NCBI GenBank assembly: GCA_905478765.1
Contig: CAJQJY010000009.1
Coordinates: forward strand, 298-64,297
Length of the DNA stretch: 64,000 nucleotides
Direction of reading: 5' to 3'
From: an uncultured Flavobacteriales bacterium
Lineage (GTDB): Bacteria > Bacteroidota > Bacteroidia > Flavobacteriales > BACL11
A program made the position numbers and the translations under genes. The notes beneath the pieces were generated by a model, which was not told where the DNA came from, made no database searches, and saw only the letters and a list, made by a program, of their open reading frames with translations. Within the stretch, counting starts at the first letter, position 1. Each line of letters opens with the position of its first letter. This document shows positions 8,867-17,623 of the stretch, piece by piece.

Positions 8867-8895
8867 TAGACGATATATTTATCTAAATCATTCGA
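8867..8895 (-). promoter_or_regulatory. Putative ECF-type promoter TCGAAT-N17-CGTCTA upstream of the 741-aa M43 protease
   Basis: Minus strand reads TCGAAT gatttagataaatatat CGTCTA, ending 31 nt before ATG 8835. Same hexamers and spacer length as 6581..6609. Confidence 0.45.
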
Positions 8896-8901
8896 TACAG
8901 A

Positions 8902-10857
8902 TTATTGCTTTATAAGACGTATACTAATATCTTCTATTTTTATAACATAAACACCCTTTGAGAGATTCGATATATCTATCTTATCATCATAAGTATGTAT
9001 CACTCTTTCACCTAGCATATTGTAAATTTGTTTTAATCCCTTATAATTAACATCTATTTGTTTATCAGCAGGATTTGGATATACTAATACCATATTCATT
9101 TGAGCCTCATCAAATGATAAACTACCGTTTGAAGTAATATTAATATTATCAAGAAATAAATTATTTTCATACTGATTTACATTCCTAAACTTAATCATAA
9201 TAGCATCCTTGTTGGCATAATTATTTAAATTAATATTTTCAGAATCCCAATCATTATTGTTAGTTGGAAACCACTCAGTACCATTAAATATCGGAGAAGT
9301 AGTTACTAAATTAGCTCCAGCCTTTTCCCATATTTTTTCCCAATTCAATCCACAGTCAGATGAGACTAAAATAATTAAGGTGTCAGACCAATTTTGTGGA
9401 AGGCTTGGATCTGTCCATAATGAATAAGCGTAATCAAAATCGAGAGTAATACTAGTTGCTCCAGTAAAATTCATCATAGGAGAGTTAAGATCATCATATT
9501 CTCCATTTGCAGAATATATCGAGTTTTCAATAGAAATAGAACTACTGCTATTATATCCATAACTTGAATTAATAGCCCATGTTTGATCTCCATCAGGATT
9601 GTCAATTGACCAATCATTTTGAAGTGATGGAGCCTGAAATCCTTCAGTAATAGTAGAAATATTTCCTGTGCATCCACAAGCAGATAGACATGCGTTATAG
9701 CTACTGTAAGTACCATTACCAGTTCCGGGATCTACACAATTTCCTTGACTATCACAGTCCCATGAACTTGCAACAATACCGTTACAATTAACAGAAACGG
9801 TTGAGTTCTTTAAGGCAACTCTTCCTCCTTGCCAAGATGGTGCATTTAATGTTCCTAACATTACATCTACTTGACCTTCTGAAAACATCCAAGAGTTGTT
9901 CGAGTAAGACATATAGTTTTCATCCATATCTAACACATCAGTATTAAAAATGTTTGAATAAGATAAATCATTACATGTATTATTATTAGTATTTGCATTA
10001 ACAGCACCAAAATAAATATCTTCAGTGGCAGGGGTGTCATCAACATCACCCCAACTATAATTACCATTTAAATCATTATCACAGCATCCACTACTTTCAC
10101 AAAATGTATGACTTAAACCTAAATAATGACCAACTTCGTGTGTAGCTGTTCTACCATCACTAGAATTACTAGAATTACCAACAGTACCAAAAAATCTGTA
10201 ATCTACAACAATTCCATCTTTCCAAGATTGATTACCTGCCTGTAAGCCAGGAAGATAAGCATAACCAAGGGTTTGTCCACCACCTGAGGATCCAATTTTG
10301 CAAATCCAGATATTAAGATATCTTAAAGGATCCCAATTATCAATTCCACCAGTAGTTGTTTGTTTCATGTCATTAGATTGTGTGTCATAATTCCATTCCG
10401 AATTAGTTGTAGGTGTTCTGGTTATTCCTGTTGTTGGATTTCCAGATGGATCAATACTTGCTAGGCAAAATTGAATTTGCGGGTTGCCTACATTATTAAT
10501 AAATGTATTTCTTGGAGGATTAGGAAACTCAGGATTTGTTTGACTATAATCTTGGTTTAATATTAAAAATTGATCTTCTATTTGAGCATCTGGTATATTT
10601 GTGTTTGCACCAACTGCATCTTGTGCTCTATGAATAACATGAATTACTACTGGTATTGTAATGACAGGTTGATTTTTATTATTAGTAAACTGATTTTTTT
10701 TATTGTAATCGTAAAGACTCTTTCTAGTTAGATCATAATCAAAATTATGTTCTAATTCATTTTTTATTAGATCAGTTGTCATGCATTTTTTACTCCCTTC
10801 TTGAGATAAAGCATTAATACTTAAAAATATTAGGTTATATAGGATTATTTTTTTCAT
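8902..10857 (-). CDS. Secreted M43 zinc metalloprotease paralog with one SWDC module, a C-terminal beta-sandwich-like region and T9SS CTD
   Basis: 651 aa. HEVGHYLGLSHTF zinc motif. N-terminal half is collinear with the 741-aa neighbour. SSWDCDSQGNCVDPGTGNGTYSSYNACLSAC at 9667..9768. Tail VYPNPADKQIDV...GVYVIKI. Confidence 0.85.
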   Translation of the reverse strand: MKKIILYNLIFLSINALSQEGSKKCMTTDLIKNELEHNFDYDLTRKSLYDYNKKNQFTNNKNQPVITIPVVIHVIHRAQDAVGANTNIPDAQIEDQFLILNQDYSQTNPEFPNPPRNTFINNVGNPQIQFCLASIDPSGNPTTGITRTPTTNSEWNYDTQSNDMKQTTTGGIDNWDPLRYLNIWICKIGSSGGGQTLGYAYLPGLQAGNQSWKDGIVVDYRFFGTVGNSSNSSDGRTATHEVGHYLGLSHTFCESSGCCDNDLNGNYSWGDVDDTPATEDIYFGAVNANTNNNTCNDLSYSNIFNTDVLDMDENYMSYSNNSWMFSEGQVDVMLGTLNAPSWQGGRVALKNSTVSVNCNGIVASSWDCDSQGNCVDPGTGNGTYSSYNACLSACGCTGNISTITEGFQAPSLQNDWSIDNPDGDQTWAINSSYGYNSSSSISIENSIYSANGEYDDLNSPMMNFTGATSITLDFDYAYSLWTDPSLPQNWSDTLIILVSSDCGLNWEKIWEKAGANLVTTSPIFNGTEWFPTNNNDWDSENINLNNYANKDAIMIKFRNVNQYENNLFLDNINITSNGSLSFDEAQMNMVLVYPNPADKQIDVNYKGLKQIYNMLGERVIHTYDDKIDISNLSKGVYVIKIEDISIRLIKQ

Positions 10858-10861
10858 TTTA

Positions 10862-10869
10862 CAAATATA
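10862..10869 (-). promoter_or_regulatory. Bacteroidetes-type -7 box (TATATTTG) 4 nt upstream of ATG
   Basis: Minus strand reads TATATTTG taaa ATG and matches the TAnnTTTG consensus. There is no room for a leader. Confidence 0.3.
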
Positions 10870-10927
10870 AAAATTATTTTATTATGTATAGTTTATTTAG
10901 AGAAAAATTATACAGTTTTATAGATTT

Positions 10928-11710
10928 TTAATTATTATGATTAGAACATATTTGTTTTGCATCATTCCAATAAACATCCATTTGTTCAAGATTCATATCA
11001 TCTAATTTTAAATTCTCTTTTTCAATAAGTTTTTCCATTATCTGGAATCTTTTAATAAAACGCTTATTTGTTCTTTCTAATGCATCTTCCGGATTTACAT
11101 TAATAAAACGTGAATAATTAGTTAAAGCAAATAACACATCACCAAATTCAGATTCAATTCTGTCGTTATCTCCTTTTTCAATTTCAAATTTAAGTTCCTC
11201 TATTTCTTCCAAAACCTTTTCCCAAACCTGATTTTTATTATCCCAATCAAAACCAATACCCCTTACTTTCTCCTGTATTCTGAAAGCTTTCACAATAGCT
11301 GGTAAAGATTTTGGGACTCCTTCTAAAACAGATTTTCTACCCTCTTTTAATTTTAATCTTTCCCAATTCCTCTTAACCTCTTTCTCGTCTGCAACTTTAA
11401 CATCTCCATAAATATGAGGATGTCGGTGTATTAATTTTTCGCAAATATCATTTATAACATCTGTAATATCAAAGTTATTGGTTTCAGATGCAATACGAGA
11501 ATAGAACACTATATGCAATAAAACATCACCTAACTCCTTTTTTATCTCATCCATGTCTTTTTCCAAAATTGCATCAGAAAGCTCATACATTTCTTCAATG
11601 GTTAGATATCGCAAACTATCAAAAGTTTGTTTTTGATCCCAAGGACATTGCTCTCTTAACTCATCCATAATAGTTAATAAACGAGCAAATGATTTTGTTT
11701 TATTTTCCAT
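10928..11710 (-). CDS. mazG: Nucleoside triphosphate pyrophosphohydrolase MazG
   Basis: 260 aa. LREQCPWDQKQTFDSLRYLTIEEMYELSDAI and a second MazG repeat EEIEELKFEI...EFGDVLFAL. Confidence 0.85.
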   Translation of the reverse strand: MENKTKSFARLLTIMDELREQCPWDQKQTFDSLRYLTIEEMYELSDAILEKDMDEIKKELGDVLLHIVFYSRIASETNNFDITDVINDICEKLIHRHPHIYGDVKVADEKEVKRNWERLKLKEGRKSVLEGVPKSLPAIVKAFRIQEKVRGIGFDWDNKNQVWEKVLEEIEELKFEIEKGDNDRIESEFGDVLFALTNYSRFINVNPEDALERTNKRFIKRFQIMEKLIEKENLKLDDMNLEQMDVYWNDAKQICSNHNN

Positions 11711-11725
11711 AGTATTTTTACTTTA

Positions 11726-11733
11726 CAAACTTA
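11726..11733 (-). promoter_or_regulatory. -7 box TAAGTTTG upstream of mazG
   Basis: Matches TAnnTTTG on the minus strand, 15 nt before ATG 11710. Confidence 0.3.
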
Positions 11734-11753
11734 ATTATTCCTTTCATTTATAG

Positions 11754-11761
11754 TAGTTTTG
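11754..11761 (+). promoter_or_regulatory. -7 box TAGTTTTG upstream of the NqrM-like ORF
   Basis: Matches TAnnTTTG on the plus strand, 16 nt before ATG 11778. No clear -33 TTG seen. Confidence 0.25.
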
Positions 11762-11777
11762 CATAAAATTATTTCAA

Positions 11778-11981
11778 ATGAGCTTTTTACCAGTTTTTTT
11801 AATTACAATCGGATTTTTAGTATTTGTATTTGCAGGTATCGGAATTAAAATTCTTTTTAAAAAAAATGGAAAGTTTTCTGGCACTTGTGCAAGCCAAAGT
11901 CCTTTTTTAAATTCCGAAGGAGAAGCTTGTGGACTATGTGGTGCAAGCCCTGAAGAAAAATGCAAAAATGAGGATGCTTAA
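11778..11981 (+). CDS. nqrM: Small membrane protein resembling the Na+-NQR maturation factor NqrM (one TM helix, four Cys)
   Basis: 67 aa: TM helix FLPVFLITIGFLVFVFAGIGIKILF, basic stretch, then GTCAS...ACGLCG...EEKC (exactly 4 Cys). Lies next to apbE and nqrA-F. The competing minus-strand ORF 11774..11965 has no convincing features. Confidence 0.55.
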   Translation: MSFLPVFLITIGFLVFVFAGIGIKILFKKNGKFSGTCASQSPFLNSEGEACGLCGASPEEKCKNEDA

Positions 11982-12976
11982 TTAATAATTCTATTTTGCA
12001 TATTTGGACTCACAAAAGTCTCCCAAGCACCATCCTTAGTTGTATAAACTAGATAGATTTCTATTTCAGAATGTGTTTTTGCAAATTGCTTACTTTGCTT
12101 TACTCCCATTACCATAAATGCGGTAGCATAAGCATCAGCCAACATGCAATTATCATGAATTACTGTTACACTTAACAAACGGTTTTTTGCAGTGAAACCA
12201 GTTAAAGGATTGATAGTATGTGCGTACTTAACCCCATCTTGTTCATAAAACTTTCTGTAATTCCCTGATGTTGCTAAAGCCTTATTTTCCAAATCCAAAA
12301 TAAACTGAAAACGCTCTTGTTCATCAATATCCTCAGATGGTTTATCTACACCAACTCTCCAGATATTTCCATCTGCATTCTTACCTTTTGCTAATAACTC
12401 ACCCCCTACTTCTACCAAGTAATTGCTATCGCCTTTGCTTTCTAAAAACTGAGCGATTATATCAACTGTATAGCCTTGAGCAATGGAATTAAAATCCAAA
12501 CTCATTCCTTTTGGCAATACCAAGGAATCAGCAATCAAACTGATTTTATCAAACCCAACATAAGATAAAATTTTTCGGAACTTTGCTGAGTCAATTACCA
12601 AAGAATCACCCAGCTTATTTTTATAAAAACCCCAAGCATTTACGAGGGGTGAAACTGAACAATCAAAATTCCCTTCACTTTCCACAAACACTTTTTGAGC
12701 TCCCAAAAACACAGCATTAAAAAGCGTATCTGTTTTTATGTTCTCCCTCTTATTTAATTTTGAAATAAGCGAATAATCCTTATAAATTGAAAGAGAACTA
12801 TCTACTTCTAATAAAATACTATCAATCTGTGTTTTATAGTTATCTCCGTTTACAGAAAGGTATTGAATGTGATAATAACTACCTTGTGCTTCTCCTGAAT
12901 TCTTAACTAATATTCTATTATCAGTAGATGAACACGCACATAAACCTAATACTAATGAATAAAGGATGTTTTTCAT
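11978..12976 (-). CDS. apbE: FAD:protein FMN transferase ApbE (lipoprotein)
   Basis: ApbE-like strings AVDIIAQ-type GYTVDIIAQFL, LATSGNYRKF, HTINPLTG, ADAYATAFMVMG. Lipobox LGLCAC after the start MKNILYS (ATG 12976). The track start at 12994 lies upstream of a -7 box. Confidence 0.85.
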   Translation of the reverse strand: MKNILYSLVLGLCACSSTDNRILVKNSGEAQGSYYHIQYLSVNGDNYKTQIDSILLEVDSSLSIYKDYSLISKLNKRENIKTDTLFNAVFLGAQKVFVESEGNFDCSVSPLVNAWGFYKNKLGDSLVIDSAKFRKILSYVGFDKISLIADSLVLPKGMSLDFNSIAQGYTVDIIAQFLESKGDSNYLVEVGGELLAKGKNADGNIWRVGVDKPSEDIDEQERFQFILDLENKALATSGNYRKFYEQDGVKYAHTINPLTGFTAKNRLLSVTVIHDNCMLADAYATAFMVMGVKQSKQFAKTHSEIEIYLVYTTKDGAWETFVSPNMQNRIIN

Positions 12977-12981
12977 GTTGA

Positions 12982-12989
12982 CAAAAATA
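12982..12989 (-). promoter_or_regulatory. -7 box TATTTTTG 5 nt upstream of the apbE ATG
   Basis: Minus strand reads TATTTTTG tcaac ATG. Confidence 0.3.
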
Positions 12990-13065
12990 CACATTGTAGT
13001 TTGTTTGTAGTTGGTGGTTTAAAGAAAATGATACTAGCAGCTAAAAACTAGTAACTTTCTTTTAC

Positions 13066-14379
13066 TTAACCTCCAAAGTCATCAAACCTTACATTCTCAT
13101 CAGGAATTCCCCAATCTTCTGCCATTTTTAGAACCGCTTGATTCATTAGAGGTGGGCCACAGAAATACAATTCAATATCTTCTGGCGCTTCATGTTTAGT
13201 TAAATACTGATCGATCACCACTTGGTGTACAAAACCAACAAAACCGTCTCCTTGAGTATCATTCATATCTTGCATTGGCTTCCAATTATCACCCTCTTGA
13301 GCGTCAGAAAGTACCAAGTAAAATTTGAAGTTAGAGAATTCTCTTTCTAAAGAACGGAAATGCTCAATGTAAAAAAGTTCAGCCTTTGATCTTCCACCAT
13401 ACCAGTAAGATACTTTTCTTCCTGTTTTTAAAGTTTTGAATAATTCATATAGGTGGGAACGCATTGGAGCCATACCCGCACCACCACCAATATACAACAT
13501 CTCAGCTTCAGAATTATTAATAAAGAATTCCCCGTAAGGTCCTGAAATAGTTACTTTGTCTCCTGGCTTACGTCCAAAAATGTAAGATGATGCAACACCA
13601 GGGTTAATATCAGCCCATGCATTTTTATCTCTATCCCATGGTGGGGCAGCTACCCGAACATTCAACATGATTCTTCTTCCTTCAGCAGGATAAGAAGCCA
13701 TAGAATATGCTCTTACAACATCCTCATCATTCTTCATTACTAAATTACGCATAGCAAAGTTTCCTTCTTCCCAATCCATGTTAAACTTATTTGGTTCTCC
13801 TGGATGATCCTCAGGGTGTGCTGTGATATCCATTTCAGAAAAAGGAATCTCACAATTAGGGATTTCAATTTGAATATACCCTCCTGCCTCATATGGCATA
13901 TCTTCTGGAACCTCAACAATAAATTCTTTAATATAAGTAGCTACATTATAATTAGATACTACTGTTGCCTCCCATTTTTTAACACCAAAAACCTCTTCAG
14001 GTATATCAATTTCCATATTTTCTCTTACCTTAACTTGGCAACCTAAACGGAAATTACTCGCAACTTCTTTACGAGAAAAATATGGTTCTTCAGTTGGTAA
14101 GATACTTCCACCACCACTATGCACTTGACAAGTACATTGCACACAGGTACCTCCTCCTCCACAAGCTGATGGTAAGAAAATACCCTCATTACTTAAAGTA
14201 GATAAGAGCGTATTACCACCATCTACTACTATCTCTTTTTCTCCATTTATTTTAATAGTAATTTTGCCTGAAGGTGTTAATTGGGTTTTTACAAATAGTA
14301 AAAGACCTACTAAGGTAAGGGTAACCAAAAGGAAAACTATTATACTACTTAATATTGTTGTTGTACTTAATAAAATCAT
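13066..14379 (-). CDS. nqrF: Na+-translocating NADH:quinone reductase subunit F
   Basis: 437 aa with an N-terminal TM helix, 2Fe-2S ferredoxin motif (CGGGGTCVQC) and FAD/NADH-binding domain (RAYSMAS, GGGAGMAP). Confidence 0.95.
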   Translation of the reverse strand: MILLSTTTILSSIIVFLLVTLTLVGLLLFVKTQLTPSGKITIKINGEKEIVVDGGNTLLSTLSNEGIFLPSACGGGGTCVQCTCQVHSGGGSILPTEEPYFSRKEVASNFRLGCQVKVRENMEIDIPEEVFGVKKWEATVVSNYNVATYIKEFIVEVPEDMPYEAGGYIQIEIPNCEIPFSEMDITAHPEDHPGEPNKFNMDWEEGNFAMRNLVMKNDEDVVRAYSMASYPAEGRRIMLNVRVAAPPWDRDKNAWADINPGVASSYIFGRKPGDKVTISGPYGEFFINNSEAEMLYIGGGAGMAPMRSHLYELFKTLKTGRKVSYWYGGRSKAELFYIEHFRSLEREFSNFKFYLVLSDAQEGDNWKPMQDMNDTQGDGFVGFVHQVVIDQYLTKHEAPEDIELYFCGPPLMNQAVLKMAEDWGIPDENVRFDDFGG

Positions 14380-14400
14380 TCTTTATTGTTCTTTTTGAAA

Positions 14401-15018
14401 TTATAATTTAATACCCATGAAACTCATAAAAGCTATACCCATTAAACCTGTAATTATATATGTAATGCCAAGTCCCCTTAAAGCTGGAGGGACATTTGAA
14501 TATCTTATTTTTTCTCTTATTGCTGCTATACCTACTATTGCTAAAAACCAACCTACTCCAGAGCCAAGTCCAAAAACAGTTGCTTCTATGATGCTAGAAT
14601 AACCACGTTCTTGCATAAACAAAGAACCACCTAAAATAGCGCAATTTACAGCAATAAGAGGCAAGAATATTCCAAGAGAACTGTATAATGCAGGAGAGAA
14701 TTTCTCAATAACCATTTCAACTAATTGAACAATTGATGCAATAACTGCAATAAACATGATAAACGAAAGAAATGATAAATCAACATCTATAAAATCATTA
14801 GAAATCCAAACTAACGCTCCTTCTTTAAGAATATAATGTTCTAATAAATAATTAAATGGTATAGTAATTCCTAATACAAAAATAACAGCTGCACCCATTC
14901 CAACAGAAGTTTTAACTGTTTTTGAAATTGCTAAATATGAACACATACCTAAAAAATAGGCAAAAACCATATTATCAATAAATATTGATTTTATAAAAAT
15001 ATTTGCTAACTCTTGCAT
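14401..15018 (-). CDS. nqrE: Na+-NQR subunit E
   Basis: 205-aa polytopic membrane protein in the fifth position of the nqr operon. NqrE/RnfA-like sequence ([24 protein letters not shown]). Confidence 0.92.
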   Translation of the reverse strand: MQELANIFIKSIFIDNMVFAYFLGMCSYLAISKTVKTSVGMGAAVIFVLGITIPFNYLLEHYILKEGALVWISNDFIDVDLSFLSFIMFIAVIASIVQLVEMVIEKFSPALYSSLGIFLPLIAVNCAILGGSLFMQERGYSSIIEATVFGLGSGVGWFLAIVGIAAIREKIRYSNVPPALRGLGITYIITGLMGIAFMSFMGIKL

Positions 15019-15022
15019 TCTA

Positions 15023-15667
15023 TCAATTGTTTTCGATTAATTTTTCGTTTCTAGCTCTTTGCCACCATATCAGAACACCAACAGTAACTAAAGCCATTGG
15101 TGGTAGTATCATCATTCCATTATTTTCATAACCTAAATCATAAACTCCTAATTTTTCTAAAACAGGATAACCATATAATGTGCCTGCTCCTAAAAGTTCT
15201 CTAAAAAATGCTACGATTATAAGTATTATTCCGTAACCAAAAGAGTTACCTAAACCATCAAGGAATGCTTTGCCAGGGGGGTTTGCCATTGCAAAAGCTT
15301 CTAATCTTCCACAAATAATGCAATTGGTTATAATTAACCCAACAAAGACTGAAAGCTCCTTACTGACATCATATACAAATGCTTTAAGTACTTGATCAAC
15401 TAAAATAACAAGTGCAGCAATAACAACAAGAAAAACAATTATTCTAATTCTCGAAGGAATCATATTACGCATTAATGAAACTATAACATTAGCAACCGAC
15501 AGTACAACTAAAACAGACAATGCCATAACAACAGCAGGTTTTAATTGAACAGTTATTGCTAAAGCTGAACAGATACCCAATACTTGTACCGTAATTGGAT
15601 TATTGTCATCAAGTGGATCACTTAATAATTTCATATTCTTCTTAGCAAATAAGGAATCTTTACTCAT
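15023..15667 (-). CDS. nqrD: Na+-NQR subunit D
   Basis: 214 aa. NqrD/RnfE-like ([30 protein letters not shown]). Confidence 0.92.
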   Translation of the reverse strand: MSKDSLFAKKNMKLLSDPLDDNNPITVQVLGICSALAITVQLKPAVVMALSVLVVLSVANVIVSLMRNMIPSRIRIIVFLVVIAALVILVDQVLKAFVYDVSKELSVFVGLIITNCIICGRLEAFAMANPPGKAFLDGLGNSFGYGIILIIVAFFRELLGAGTLYGYPVLEKLGVYDLGYENNGMMILPPMALVTVGVLIWWQRARNEKLIENN

Positions 15668-15671
15668 CTTC

Positions 15672-16436
15672 TTAATTTATTATTGAATCATTAACCGTAA
15701 CTACTGAATCCATTGCAGAAAAAACTGAATTTACCTCAATATTAGGCTTTATTTTATTGAAATAAGGCAAGTACATTGTTAGCCTCTCTAATAACATATC
15801 CGTAACACCATCAGAAGTGATTGTTCCTCCTGAAATCCCATCCACTCCATACATATTATCGTCACCAGCACCTCCTTTTACTACTTTAATTGATTTCAAC
15901 TCTTCCCCATCAAAAATTGATTTTCCAGAAAACGGGTCTTCAAAAAAAGGTTGATTAATTTCTGCTCCTAGTCCAGGTGTTTCAGATTTATGATCAAATA
16001 CGGCACCAAAGACCTTATTTAAATCATCTTCCAATGAGATAAAACCCCATATTGGACCCCAAAGCCCCTTACCTCTTAAGGGTATTATATATTGTGTTTT
16101 TCCTTCAACTTCACTAATAAATAAAGGTAATGATTGTAATTTTTTATCTTTTTTTAATTCTTTCTGTAAATCAACATCAAAGGCAACTCCATCAATTTCT
16201 TCACCTTTATAATTAAGTACTAGTTCCTGTTTGACAAAAACAGGATACTGAATATCAGCTGCATCTCTATCGATATTAATTCCGACAGAACTCAAAATAT
16301 TTTGCTTTTTTTCTAAAAGTATATTTCTTGATTGGAAAGGTTTTAATGAAATAGCTGCAACAGATAAAAGGGCTGCAACAACGACTACCATTACCGCAGC
16401 AAAACCGAAAGTATAAGAATTTTTATTTACATCCAT
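15672..16436 (-). CDS. nqrC: Na+-NQR subunit C
   Basis: 254 aa with one TM helix and the FMN attachment region GISGGTITSDGV. Confidence 0.9.
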   Translation of the reverse strand: MDVNKNSYTFGFAAVMVVVVAALLSVAAISLKPFQSRNILLEKKQNILSSVGINIDRDAADIQYPVFVKQELVLNYKGEEIDGVAFDVDLQKELKKDKKLQSLPLFISEVEGKTQYIIPLRGKGLWGPIWGFISLEDDLNKVFGAVFDHKSETPGLGAEINQPFFEDPFSGKSIFDGEELKSIKVVKGGAGDDNMYGVDGISGGTITSDGVTDMLLERLTMYLPYFNKIKPNIEVNSVFSAMDSVVTVNDSIIN

Positions 16437-16476
16437 TTTTTATAATATTGAGGTTAGACAATTCATCTATTACCAT

Positions 16477-17622
16477 TTAATTTATTCGTTTTAATCTTTT
16501 TTTAATATTAGCATCTACTATATAGTGATCAATTAAAGGCGCAAATACATTCATTAATAAAATTGCTAACATCATTCCTTCAGGATATGCCGGATTAAAT
16601 ACTCTTATAACAATAGCAAAGAAACCAATTAACAAACCATATATAATCTTTCCTTTATTCGTCTGCGATCCAGTCACTGGATCTGTTGACATAAACACAG
16701 CGCCAAAAGCAAAACCTCCAATTAACAAATGAATATGAGCTGGAGTACTCATAAGGAAATTTACTCCCCATAAATTAAACAATAATGCAGTTAAATATCC
16801 TCCTAAGAAAGTTGAAAGTATAATTCTCCAGCTACCAACTCCTGAAAAAATCAAAATCAATGCACCTATAATAATGGCTATAAAGGATGTCTCACCAACA
16901 GATCCTGGTATATAACCTATTAAAGCATCATTAAAATTCCATTGCAAATTATCCCATGATGATGTATTTGATGCCAAAGCACCTAAAATTGTTTCACCAG
17001 AGTAGCCATCAACAGCTGCTCCATGAACCCAAACCTTATCACCAGACATATAAGATGGGTACGCAAAAAATAAGAACGCTCTGGCAGTTAATGCTGGATT
17101 TAAAATATTCATACCTGTACCTCCAAATACTTCCTTTCCAATTACTACTGCAAAAACTACTGAAACTGCAAGCATCCATAAAGGAACATCAACAGGCATA
17201 ATTAAAGGAATTAACATACCTGTAACTAAATAACCTTCATTAACTGAATGTCCTCTAGATATTGCAAATGCAAATTCAACAGATAAACCTACAGCATAAG
17301 AAACAGCTAAAAGTGGTAAAAATTTCCAAAAACCAAAAATTAAATTATTTAGAAAATTTGTTTCTACAGAAACTGCATTAAAGTATTGATCACCTATATT
17401 CCACATTCCAAAAATAATACAAGGAATTAGAGATAAGACAACAAAAGCCATTGATCTTTTCAAATCTACTGCATCTCTAATATGTGATCCGGATTTAGTA
17501 GTATGATCAGGAACAAATAAAAATGTTTCGAAAGCATCATATGCTGGATACATTTTTTCAAGTTTACCTCCTTCTTCAAAATGAGGTTTTACTGATTCTA
17601 AGATGTTTTTAAATAATTTCAT
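16477..17622 (-). CDS. nqrB: Na+-NQR subunit B
   Basis: 381-aa polytopic protein, NqrB/RnfD-like, with FMN site FMSTDPVTGS. Confidence 0.92.
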   Translation of the reverse strand: MKLFKNILESVKPHFEEGGKLEKMYPAYDAFETFLFVPDHTTKSGSHIRDAVDLKRSMAFVVLSLIPCIIFGMWNIGDQYFNAVSVETNFLNNLIFGFWKFLPLLAVSYAVGLSVEFAFAISRGHSVNEGYLVTGMLIPLIMPVDVPLWMLAVSVVFAVVIGKEVFGGTGMNILNPALTARAFLFFAYPSYMSGDKVWVHGAAVDGYSGETILGALASNTSSWDNLQWNFNDALIGYIPGSVGETSFIAIIIGALILIFSGVGSWRIILSTFLGGYLTALLFNLWGVNFLMSTPAHIHLLIGGFAFGAVFMSTDPVTGSQTNKGKIIYGLLIGFFAIVIRVFNPAYPEGMMLAILLMNVFAPLIDHYIVDANIKKRLKRIN

Positions 17623-17623
17623 A

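Noticed and set aside
11774-11965. 63-aa minus-strand ORF competing with the NqrM-like ORF
   Set aside because: It has no TM helix, motif or promoter box. The plus-strand frame gives a TM helix plus four-Cys protein with genomic context (apbE, nqr) and an upstream TAnnTTTG box.
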